NCBI GenBank assembly: GCA_951406725.2
Contig: OX597815.1
Location: forward strand, 148,676,001 to 148,740,000
Source: Octopus vulgaris
Taxonomy: Eukaryota
Reading direction: 5' to 3'
Length of the DNA stretch: 64,000 bases
Made by a program: the position numbers and the translations under genes. Shown here one piece after another: positions 52,161 to 64,000 of the stretch; position 1 is the stretch's first letter; every line of letters starts with the position of its first letter. Below the pieces are notes generated by a model. It had not been told where the DNA came from and made no database searches. It saw nothing but the letters and a program-made list of their open reading frames with translations.

Positions 52161-54774
52161 TTGGTTAAATATTTCTAAATTTGAATGTAGAAAATGATTA
52201 GTTCTTTTATCGTTTACATAAATTTTGCCTGATTTCAAGTGAAATCGAATGAATATTTTACGAAGATACATCGTATCTAGAGACTGTGCATAATCAATCA
52301 GAAGTTATTTACACAAGGTCACACGCACACCCCCTATTCCCCCAGATGTAAAGTAAGCTTATTTATATATTTTTCATTCCGTTTTGTTTTCCTTTGTGCA
52401 GGATAAATTTTCTTTCTGCGTGATATATTTAACTTTGTTCTAAACTTTCAAGTCATTTAATGTGAAGCGTTTATGAAAATCAAGAGTTCAATGCTTCCTG
52501 TTTCCTCGTTTCGAATTTTGTAATGGAAACGTCATGGAAATAAGTAATGGTAATACGTAGCAAAACGTTTCTCCAGTGAAAAAAATGTTACATTTTAATT
52601 TCTATAATAATTCATATTAATATATTTAACATATACTAAATGTTAAATTTTTAACATAGGTTCATACGTATTCATATGTGATTGTTTTTCTTTAAACGAA
52701 TACATTGTAATGTATCTGGTTAAAATCTAGAAGTAAATTGATGTGATTTGCAGTCAATATTATTCCAGTTTTCTTTTAACAGATTAAAGCAAATTCTAAT
52801 AAAATGCTAACTTTAAAATATCATGTGCAAACAACAATAAGTTTACTTTAATAATTTGAGCTAGTACTGGAGAATGCAAATTATTTGCTTATCGCTATTA
52901 TGGATTTAACACCGTGTAGTTATCTTTTGGCATTAGTAACAAATACTTTTATAATAACCGTGTTGTTTTGTTTATCACTATATCGAATTCTTACATTTTA
53001 ATGTTTTTCATATTAGTATATATGTAATGTTATTTTATTACGTTTGGCTAACAATAGCATGTTGTATATGTTTCGTTATTTTTTTCCGAATCATCATTTA
53101 AGCATTCTACAAAAGATATTATTTAGCTGTTTATTGTAATTGCCCTTTCTAACACATCCTCCACCATTGTATTTGTTTCAGATTAATTCTCTATTCGAAT
53201 ACAGGGGCATGTTTCAACTGAACCGTTTAAATGGTTAATATCAGCCATAATGAGATATTGATATATAATATATATTTGGCATTTAATTATTTTTGTAAGT
53301 TTGTAAACTATTTTTCAGTCCATAAAATTCTGTTACTTTAATCCTTCAAAATATCAAAATGATTTTCATACAAACGTGATATGCAATAAGATATTAATTA
53401 ATATTAATTCTTATTACGATTATTTTTTGCATCCCCATTTAAGAGATCCCTAATGTCTGTAGAGTTAGAGTTAGGCCCTAATACACATTAGACCAAAGCT
53501 TAAATTAATTTCCATAGCGTAAACATGACTGAAATTAAAACGTACCCCTATCAACTCGACGCAGACTGAATTTCTAAGCTATCGCTACTTTCCAGAAACC
53601 ATTCTCTCCAGTCAGGAATTGACTATAAACTCTAGCAGCTTCACATGCTTAGACCCTATTCAAAGATTTGCTGACGGATGCTGGCGTGCGGACGCAGTCA
53701 GAATCCCTGTCAGCCACGGCTTCCTAATTTCCGTTGCAGCTGCCCACGTCACATCTTACAGCATTTACAGTGTTCATGGTTAACTCAGCGGCCGCTATGA
53801 TGTCGACATTAAGATACCCGGTGCGAATCATCAAGATACTGGTACCTCTTTTACAACATTCAGATGACTTCCTGCTCTTTATGTCAGCTAACCTTTTCTC
53901 AACTACATATTTAACATTCATGCTCTCCAACGTCTTCAAATATTCAATAATACATCAAGCTGTTCCTGAAGAAAGAAGACATAAAGAAAACGTCAGATTT
54001 TGCCCGAACACTCTGATAACAGTTTACATTATTTTAGAAATAATATTAGCCGTTTCAAGTACGGATACTATTTAGAAAGTCATTCGTGTCTATAACGAAG
54101 ATTGAAAATATCTGTACATTATTGTTTTAAAGGAACGTAAGGAATTTTTTCTCTTAAACAATATTTCCATCATTGAAACCAAATCATTTTTGAGTGTTTT
54201 GCCTAAATATTATTAGGTGAAAATTGTTTAGAATTATCTGACGGAATTTGCTGCGTAAAATATTCCATGTTTATAATATATCTGAAATGGTTTCAATGAA
54301 ATTTCCACTTCAGAAAGGATTTGTTGTTTTATATGGATTTGTATTTTTTCTTTTGAATGTGAAAAAACGAAATCTTTGAAAATTTAATTGCCGAAAATTT
54401 GCACGTGAGATAATGTTTCTTATCTGTATATCTATAAAAATATAAAGAACGAGTAAGTTTGTTTCATTTTTTGGAGAGCTATTAAACTAATTATAAAAAA
54501 AAAACAAGCACTGTTTCTACTTTATATTTTTTCTATTATTTCATCTCTTAGATGATAATGAAACATTATTATTAATGATAACAATATAAGTGATACAGAA
54601 ATTGTGCATTCCTGTTATAACAGTAATGATTATCTCCAGACAGGGAAAATCAGTCTCCACGTAGTCATTACATCAAAACAAGTAGAACATTAATATAAAG
54701 TCTAAATTGCATTTAAGTTTATGTTTTCTATATTCATCTATTCTTGATGTACTTGCAAGTAGCAAACGGCTTAC

Positions 54775-54819
54775 CTTCTACATAGTAACACTAATGTTGT
54801 CCGCAGTATCATAAAATAT
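54775..54819 (-). other. Candidate 45-nt exon
   Basis: ttattttctatacag| ... TAGAAG|gtaagc; one frame is open (YFMILRTTLVLLCR). Confidence 0.3.
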
Positions 54820-55336
54820 CTGTATAGAAAATAAATTCATGCTTACGAATACCGAACTAAATAGCAAATGTATTTTCTTCTGATATTACACGAGATTTTT
54901 TACGTTGAACGACATAAGATAAACCCCTTGTCGTTGCAGCCAAACCTTTCATAAAAAAAGATTTCTTTTAAAGAAACCTATAAATATGATAAATAAAAGT
55001 TAACTTGAAAGAAATAAGACACCATCAGCTGGAAGACGCCAAGATAAATCTCCGTAACAAGGATTCAGCTAGAGCTAAACTATAATTACAACTTAACTCT
55101 CAGCAATACGGCAACAAAGGAAAAGAGAAAATAGCAGCGAAAATTGTAATAGCCTGCTTGAATACGAACAAAGGAACAACCTGAAATATGAAACACCTAT
55201 AGCATACAGTAGAAATATTGCCAATGTTTTAGACAATGAAATGGATCGCGTAAAATTAATATAACGTAAAAAATATAATTCACGAAAAAGAATATTTTTT
55301 AATGATTTTAATTTGTTGTTAGCCTTTAGATTTTGA

Positions 55337-57416
55337 CTAGCAGGACCCGTGAGTAATTCACGGAATTATTGTTAAACCTATTGGGTTATACCCGAGAACT
55401 TTATTAAAAAAACTGAAAGTCTAGCCTGTGTTCAGTCTGTATGAAGTGATAGTCGCTCATCTGGTATTCATTGAAAATTAAGGAAATTGGATTACGACGA
55501 TGGCTTAATGCACTTTATATACATACGTTATATACTCTATCACAATTATATTGTCTTAATACACTACACTCATGAAATAAATATTCAATCTTCTTTTTCC
55601 ATTTCCCCCGTAAACAGAAACAAATTACATTTTAAACTTTATACAGTCGTAATTTCATATCTAGAAAACAGAAATTTTATAATAAAATAAGTATTTTATA
55701 TGCAAAATATAGGGTTTACAATTTCCCGGGGGTAGAAATTTAATGCAACATAGCATACTCTTAATACAACATCATTGGTAACTTATAAGCCAAGGCACTA
55801 GGTCAGAGCCAATACACATTTCAATTTGCGCACACCTTTCAGTCCAATACTTCTTTGCAGACTATGTTCTTCGTGTAAATCCCCCCATTTCTTTTCTCTT
55901 GTTTCTCTGTGATGGTAACTTTAACTCTCACAACAAATAATTTGAAATCCCTTGAGAATGCAACATATAGCCGAACATGGCCGAATACCGATTCAGGCAA
56001 GAACAGCCCCAATTTATCAAATGCCTGTCCTTGTGATTTATTGGTAGTCATTACATATGACAGTCGAAAGGGAAACTCATTCCTTTCTAAAGTGAATGGG
56101 AAGTTTAGGATGCGCATGCGTTAGGTGATAGGTGATATATGTCAGCTAGTGTTAAGTGATATATCACTTATTGATAGGTGCTATAAAAATGTTCTATGAA
56201 CGAAAATTACTTTGCACTATGCACCAACCATCACTACCTCCACCATCATCACCTACACCATCATCATCATATCTCGCTTTCTTTCTTTCTCACTCTTTCT
56301 CCCACTCTGTCTGCTGTCTGTATCTCTCTCTGTATCTCTCTCTCTCATTCTCTCTCTGCCTTTCTTTCATTTCACAATCAGAACATCACCTCTCTGCTAA
56401 AGTTTTAAATTTCCTCCACTACCGTTTTTAACCATGTAATAAATATTATGTTCTACCTACCTCACGCCACGATACTCCTCTCTCCCTCTTTTCTCTCTCC
56501 GTCTTTTTGATTCTCTCTCTTTTTGCCTCACTCTTCACCGTATCTTTTTTTATTTCTCCCTCTTTTTCTCTAATCACGTGAAAACTTTACGACGTACTAA
56601 GTAAAGTAATGACAAGTAGAATTATTGTAAGACTGAAACAATACACACATGTTCTCATCATCATATTACATGTGATTTGGTAAATAATAGAATGGACAAT
56701 GAGCATATTTTTCTTTCCGTTATCACATTACGGTCTCTTTTTATTTTCTCGTCGACATACTTAACATAAATGTTTTTAGTGTAGGCCAGTATAATTCCTG
56801 TTCGTTTTACGCAAAAATAATGCAAAGTGTTTTATAACCGTATCTATGTTATATTATATTCAGGTGTGAATCAAACTCAAAATTCTTTGTAATATCACCA
56901 CATGGGAATGGAAATATACTTCATAAGTTATTGATGGTCATTTGAGATTCAGATTTGTGAAATATCTTTTAGTTATCGCTATAAGCTGATAATCCCTGGA
57001 ACGAGATGGTGGATCTTATCAACACTAACTTTTCTGTACAGATAAATGTTGCATCGCATTATTGCAATCTTTTCAGTGATACATCACTTTACTTCCATTT
57101 CCTTTGAACTTATGTTATTTTCCGAGACGAGTACACTCATCGCGTACAGATCTCGGACATATCCCATCGCGGGCACATAAGTTTAAAAAAATGGAGGCAC
57201 AGTGCCATGAAAGTCAAGAGAATGCATCAATAAGATGAAATGATAATTTAACAAAAAAAAAAAGAGATAACACGAACAATACGGAAATATAACAATAAAC
57301 GACCGAACAAATACGAGTATTTATTATTACCGGCATTATGCTCTTCCCAAGGTTCAATAGAATTTTCCAACACACCAATTCACGTTAAGAATGTGTGTAT
57401 ATATATGTATATATAT

Positions 57417-57472
<56 letters not shown>

Positions 57473-57501
57473 TTATAAGCATATAAATATATATGTATGT
57501 G

Positions 57502-57586
<85 letters not shown>

Positions 57587-57903
57587 TTTTTTTAAATCCG
57601 AGCAGCAACTAAAGGAAGATTACAAAATCCACAGAAAGATCAAACACATACATATATTCATATATTCATTTATATCTACAGAACACGTATAAAGCCCGAC
57701 TTTTAAAAATTAAGTAATATATAAACATCATATAAAATAAATATATAAGAGAATCAATGTTGCATATATAACACCTTGAATTTACGCTTAAACTTGTAAA
57801 ACGTTTGGTATAAATTTGTTAAATTGAAAATTTGGAGTAATAAAACATACAATGACATAATAAAAGACGAATTAAAATTACATATATATATATACATACA
57901 TAC

Positions 57904-58001
<98 letters not shown>

Positions 58002-58926
58002 TATACGCACATGTGTATAGATATGGATTGAGAATTAAATAGTCGTCACTGTAATATATTTAACCTCTTCAATTTCTAATTCTTGACCATTTCCCCATTT
58101 CCTTGCATAGACATCTACTCTGTGCATATTCTATAAGTATACGTTCCATACGATAACCTAGAATATAAAATTAGATGAAAGAATTTATATGAATTTCAAT
58201 TTGCCACGAAAATAACGGAATTTAGGATGAAGATGTGTTACGATATGGAAGAGGTTGTTGCGGACATTATTGTTCAGTCGATACGGCTGGAACAAAACTC
58301 ATTGCAGAGAGTCGAAAAGCTTGTGATTGTGTAATGACGAAAACAGAGAGACAAATAGCGATTGAAAGATGGAGAGAAATTGAGAGAGAGGGGTGGGGGA
58401 GAGTTAATGAGAAACATAGAGTGAATGACAAAAAAATGTGAACAAGAGAGAGATATAGTGAGTGAAAAAAGAGAAAGAAAGAGTGAAAGAGAGGTAGAAC
58501 GAAAGAGATAGTGAGATAGAGAGAGCGTTTGAAAGAGAGAGACAGAGAGAGAGAGACAAAGGGAAAGAGAGAGAAGGAAAGAAAACTTTTGTAATGGTGG
58601 TATCAATAATGTATAAAAATCATGGAAACGATGTGTGACACAGTTCACGAAAGTAGCACAGCGAAAAATTTTGAGGAGGCGAGGGTGAATATATTTCATT
58701 TAGTGAACTTTAGTTAAAAATAAAAGACAACGAAGAAAAGACTAAGGAAAATGGTAAAGCAATGTTTAGAATTTCCTGAAGAGAATAGCAGGAAGTGAAG
58801 GAATTAACTTTTGTGAAAGAGATATGGCGGAAAAACGAGTTAGTGAACCATAAACCGCTATAAGTTTAGGTTGTACTGACAAAAGTTGAGTTAGGCTTAC
58901 ACGATTTGTATATATATATATATAGA
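55337..58926 (-). mobile_element. Helitron, internally deleted; 3' end well supported, 5' end tentative
   Basis: PIF1 helicase C-terminus FPFRLSYVMTTNKSQGQAFDKLGL..VFGH..LYVAFSR..TKNIVCKEVL at 55839-56117. The 3' hairpin CCGTGA/TCACGG (55347-55363) is followed by CTAG|T. A candidate 5' end A|TCTATATATA lies at 58926. Confidence 0.75.
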
Positions 58927-60146
58927 TTTACGCTACACAGAAATCAATGAACAAAATAAAGGAAAATCCGCAGTACAAACCAATTATTTCAGAGTATTAA
59001 TAACTCTTAATCATAATACAAATATCTCGAAACAATTGTTTTGATATATATTTTCTGTCATCTAAAGTTCATCTCTTGTGATCCGGTTAAAAATTGATCA
59101 TCACAATTGTTTGTGTGTTTGTTCTACAAACACAGTATCCTAATATATTTTCTCAGTTCAGCGCTTTCCATTATTTATTGCATCGATCCATCTTATATTT
59201 TTAACACTCCTAGCAATGACGAAATCGGTATACTGTGTGATTATGATGCCTGATTGGGCGGGCGGAGCAGTGCTTCTTTTGTTAGTCATGAACTGATAAT
59301 GGGAATATATATGGTTTTCGTAATTTGTGTTTTAGCATCATCAGCACATGTGAACGGTCATTTTTTCGTGGTTTTGTTTTGTTTTGTTTTGTTTTAGTTC
59401 GAAGCGAAAGGCCACCAGCTTTCAGTGCTGTAATTTCTTACGATTATCATAACAAAGAGCGAGACCATAAGGCATCATGACCGTTTTTGTAAAAATGCTA
59501 CTAAGCCATTATGCTATTAAACCACGAAACAAGGAAATACAAAAGTAAGAACGCTGAACTTCCAATTTAATTCGCCGAATTTTTTATCCAATACCGGGTG
59601 ATACGCTTTTTATCATATACTACAAAGTTATGTATGCATGTGTGTTTGTTATGTAGATATAATTTTATGTATATGTATATATATTTTAAAAGGTTTGGAG
59701 GTGCTGCACAGATATTATATATTACAAAAAAAAAGGTATTCAGAGATTTGCATGGTTGTACATAAACAAATATTTATGAACATGTCACATGTTTTTATAA
59801 ATCACATATAAGCGATTTCATCTATTCTAATAGATTTATTTCTTCACATTTAAATTTTGTGAAGTGATTTGTCTCTTTTTATAATATTACTGAATGGTTT
59901 GGGTGGGGACAGACAGGGGGGAAAAGAGTAATGTGGAATGTATAGGGTAGGAAAAGAGGGATAGGAATGGGGAAATAGTGGGTGAGAAAGTAAGAGAGAG
60001 TGCTTGTGTTTGTGTGTGTGTGTATGTCCGTGTATGTGTGTGTGTGTGTGTCACTGTGTATCTGAAAGGAAGAGACTTGAACAAGAGACAAAGAGAAAAA
60101 GAAAAGAATATATTGCTTTAAGCAGGTGGCTAGAACGGATGCTTAC

Positions 60147-60173
60147 TTTGGTTCAGCCGGCTCACCAGGGGGT
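60147..60173 (-). CDS. Candidate 27-nt microexon
   Basis: catttttcattcag|ACCCCCTGGTGAGCCGGCTGAACCAAA|gtaagc. It is GC-rich within AT-rich flanks, with open frames PPGEPAEP or PLVSRLNQ. Confidence 0.45.
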
Positions 60174-60569
60174 CTGAATGAAAAATGTTTTAAATGTGAA
60201 AAAAGGCGTATTTTTCTAAATGTCAGTGGAAAAGAGAAGGAAAGAAAGGAAGAAAGAAAGAAAGAAAGGAAGAAAGAAAGAAAGAAGAAAAATGTGTTTA
60301 TATCTATACAGGTGGTCAGTTCTTTCAATAGAATATGACAAGTTGATTCTTGGTCTGTAAAAATGTCAAGACCAGGTGGTAACTCTAAGGATGGGGTTTC
60401 TTTTGATGAGGAATAATGGAAGTTATTTTTTAAATAATTACCTGGGCTTATTATGATCATATCATTATCATTGTCCAATGCTTCATTCCCATGCTGGTAT
60501 GGATTGGAATATCTTGATGCAAAAATGTTTCTATTTATGTATACACACACACACATGCATATATCTTAG

Positions 60570-62090
60570 GGTTCCAGATGGGTTTATAAGGAAGTTGATG
60601 TGATATTCATATTTTCAGCCATTCAGTTTAGGGGGAAAGTTTGCTATGAAGAGAGTTGTTCCCTATTTTTTCTGAAGAAGGTGTCATTCCTTGGGCATTT
60701 ATAGAAGGCAAAGATATTCAACCTTGCTCCTCCACATGTTTCTAAGTATCTAATTAGTGGAATTTTTTGGTAACCCTCCCCGTCAGATATGATGTCGGGG
60801 AATTTTGGCTTGTTGGCATAAAGTATTGCCAGTTTCACCTATATAGTCCTCCTTCGATGTGGGACAGGTTATGGAGTATATTAAGTTTTGCGTCTTGAAA
60901 TTTATGTTTGCATTTGCTTTGAATCTGTGGCCACTCTTAATTTTTATTTGGTTGTTTTCCTCTATATATTTGTAGATGATGTTGCTGCAGATCCCACATC
61001 TACTATCACCACATTCTTTCACTCTTAATTCGCTTTCATTCTCTGATGAGAATTTTGCTCTTGTCAGTTGTTTATTCAGATTTTTCTCTAGGCGTTTACT
61101 GTTTCTTATGCAGTATTTGTTTAATAGATTTCCCATTTTGGGGTTTTGTAGGACTATTGGTAAGTTTCATTGTATATTTTAAAACATGTTGCTACCTCCA
61201 GGGTTGTGTTTGTTTATGAATGGGATGATCATTTCTTTGCTTTTCTTTGTTGGAGTTCTGAGTTGTGTGATGTCCAGTTTCATTGCTCTTGAGATGAATT
61301 TATATAAATTTGAATGGATATCTCTTTTCTAATAGGGACATTTTAAGTTTTTTTAGTCTTATTTGGCGTGTTTGTGAGTCGGCCACTATGCTACATATGC
61401 ATCTTGCCGTACTATATGGAATGTTCCTTTTTATGTGGGATAGGGAGCAGGAGTAGAAATTTAAATCTTGTTGTGTCCGTTTCTGTAGTAATTTCTATTA
61501 TGACGATGCAGTTGTGTATATTGATATTGATGTCTAGGAAGGGAAGTTCGTTATAGCTGGTATCTGTCGTGAAGTTGATAGATGGGTGCAGTTGTGGAAT
61601 GTTCATAGATCTTCTGATCTGTTCCAAAGATGAAACGGTCATCGAGGAAGCGTTTCCATTTTTCCTTAATGCCTTCTCTGGAGTCGTGTTCGAAGATTTT
61701 CTCTATTTCATCGTATAGTTTGTTCTCAAGGAAATCCATAACCAGGTTGGCATATGAAAGTGCACATTTCGTACCAATTTAGTTGTGCCCTTTACATGTC
61801 GGTATGTCCTGTTAAATGTGAATGTGTTTTCTTTAAGTACCAATTGGGCGGCTGTTTGGAAGCGTTTCTCTGTGAATTCCCTGTGTTTTACAAAGTGTTT
61901 TATCGGTGTTGTACAAAATAAACAGGGATTCACAAATGCAGGATTGATGTTGAGACCGCTTAGGAGATCGGGTGAAATTATTCAGTAGACGGAGGAAAAG
62001 TAGCCGAGCCATATTTTCCCGTCTGCTAGAGGATATTTGCCTGATTTCTTAAGCTGTTTCCATGCCCATCCTTGATTCGAGCATTAATTT
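60570..62090 (-). mobile_element. Penelope-like retroelement: RT plus GIY-YIG endonuclease, decayed
   Basis: VLKENTFTFN, WKRFLDD, LHPSINFT..LPFLDI, CGDSRCGIC and NLIYSITCPTSKEDYIGETG. Confidence 0.9.
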
Positions 62091-62241
62091 AGTGTTTGTA
62101 ATATACATATGTATTATTTATTCGTCACAGTAGATGCTTCTTTTTATGTGCTACTATTAGTATCATGTCCCAACAGCATGTCAGACAGCATCCACATGCC
62201 ATAACGGACTAAAAATGTTTTAGTGAGTTGTGCTGTGGGCA

Positions 62242-62324
62242 GTGCCTGATGATATTGCTAGTACACCACGGTATTAAAAAATACTGTCTAGCTTGCTCTC
62301 GGCACTCGAAACTAATAGTGGCAC
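62242..62324 (+). ncRNA. Hammerhead motif in an inverted pLTR upstream of the Penelope ORF (decayed)
   Basis: GTGC-CTGATGA...GAAACTA-A-TAGT-G-GCAC. The core is intact, but stem II is imperfect and the cleavage triplet is GUG. Confidence 0.6.
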
Positions 62325-62927
62325 ATAGAAACGTAAATTGTGTTTATGAAATAATGCTTATCAACTTCCACTTCTAGACCTTACCATTACGATCAGTGCA
62401 ATATATATATATATATATATTATGTGTGAAATTATATGTATACAAATATTTATGTATATATATATGAATGCATATATATACTTACATATATATGTGTGGT
62501 CGTGTTTGTACGCGTGTGAGTTTGGGAAGTGTACTTATAGTGTTGTTGAGACATTCACATTGCTATATGTCTTCATACCAACCAATGATCAGGAGATGAA
62601 TTTGTTTTGTGTCACCAAAATGAATGTTAAAATTTATCGCAGAACATATGAAATACTTTTGCAGGAAATGTACATTTGACATTTATGCTACTTTTAAATC
62701 ACTTTGTCACACTTAACTGAGGTCGAATGTTAGTGTACACAATTCTATGTGGAATTTAATAACGAAAATTATTTTATTTTCTGTTTATCATTTGATAAAT
62801 ATTAATGTGCATACTCTATTGCTGATTCTCTAGGTTGTAAAGTGGTATCATTCTTTACATAAAACAAAAACTACATTACTTTTCGGATTGCTCACACACA
62901 TCTTAACATACATACATACATATATGC

Positions 62928-62976
<49 letters not shown>

Positions 62977-63049
62977 TATGATAAACTTTGACCAGTTTCG
63001 ACCAAATATTGGTCCAGGCCAAGTCTAGCTTAATAGCACCGCCTAATAG

Positions 63050-64000
63050 GATCATTTAAATCCTATTAAAATCAAGTTTCGTGGTATCATGGTCCATTCA
63101 AGTAGTGAGTTCTTGTTGAGTAAATTGTATCCAGGTATATGTGGCTTATCTGGTATTCCATGAAGAAATGTGTCTGGATTCTGTTTAAAGATGATGTGAT
63201 CCTTTTCCACTTTGATCAGTTTTGGGACAATATTAAATAGGTCAGGGCCTGTTGGGCAAATGAAATTGTGTCGCAATGTAACTATATATTGTAATTCTGA
63301 ATTGGGCAGGCAACGTATGTCCCCAGGTCCCAGCCTTCGCTGTACCTTGCAGCTAATTCTCAGATCGTTTGGGCAATGCTGGCGGCATATTCTCCACATC
63401 GTTTAAATGATGGACCGATTTCGGCGGCGCTGGAGAGAGTAGAGTTTCAAGGCTTTAAGGCGGTCACAGTAATCGAGATGTCATGCCCTTAATTCGTTTA
63501 ATGAATGCCCTCTGGAGTGATTCAATTTTCAAGATTTTTGTTTTGTATAGGGAGACAACAGGGAGCAGCAGTATTCATGATATGGCCGTACAGAGGGGGA
63601 GAAAACTGGAATGATGAACACTATTAAAGTTACATCTAATGTAGGATAAAACTTTTTCGAAAAAATTGATAATTTTTTTTTTCGAAAAAGTTTTATCCTA
63701 CATTAGAAGTAAATTTAATAGTGTTCACTTCCGGACTCTCTCACTCTATGAAAGTTTCTAGTTCGAATCACACGTGTCTCGAGATGTGCTGAAGATTTTC
63801 TATTTTGGATGTATTTGGGTTATTTAGTTCTACTCATGAGTTAGTGCTTGCTTTTTCCATGGGTATGACTAAGTATTTCATTTATATCTTACGTATTTAT
63901 CCTTGAGGAGGAGAACATTCTTATGAACTAACTCTGAAATTCGGACCAATACGGTAATGACGGAATTTTTTAGAAATTTCTATCGGCTTGTTTCGAGACG
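63050..64000 (-). mobile_element. APE-type LINE (CR1/L2-like group), 3' portion, interrupted by a MITE
   Basis: EYCCSLLSP, LDYCDRLKALKLYSLQRRR and GPDLFNIVPK..IPDKP..NSL. Confidence 0.8.
63588..63750. mobile_element. Palindromic MITE
   Basis: TGAACACTATTAAA..TAATGTAGGATAAAACTTTTTCGAAAAA is mirrored by TTTTTCGAAAAAGTTTTATCCTACATTA..TTTAATAGTGTTCA. It interrupts the LINE. Confidence 0.75.

Noticed and set aside
53724-53966. Selenoprotein-like in-frame TGA (GTA-U-C...)
   Set aside because: No known selenoprotein motif or SECIS element could be identified.
59251-59267. CCAAT box plus GC box (TGATTGGGCGGGCGGAG) as a promoter
   Set aside because: Short motifs alone, with no CpG island or transcript evidence.

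Overview
This is AT-rich, microsatellite-dense eukaryotic DNA, intronic or intergenic. It is most likely from an octopus or another coleoid cephalopod; this is inferred from a COX1 NUMT that reads in the invertebrate mitochondrial code and from tRNA-derived SINE families resembling described octopus SINEs. No intact host CDS is evident, and most ORF-track entries are microsatellite artefacts. The window is a mosaic of decayed mobile DNA: R4/Dong-like RLE LINE fragments beside (TAA)n tracts, a Mag-like Ty3/Gypsy element with a ~112-bp LTR, APE-type LINEs, Penelope-like elements (PLEs), Tc1/mariner relics, a Helitron, a MITE and several SINE families. The most notable observations are: (i) about a dozen type I hammerhead-ribozyme motifs from several unrelated sequence families, two of them in ~500-bp tandem-plus-inverted, ORF-less arrays (PLE pLTR or retrozyme-like); (ii) a ~555-bp non-coding element repeated head-to-tail and always bounded by (ATT)n; (iii) a 522-bp near-perfect palindrome centred on (TA)n; (iv) a pre-miRNA-like hairpin; and (v) candidate minus-strand microexons suggesting a long-intron host gene. 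All calls were made by eye, with no searches or folding runs, and element boundaries are approximate.
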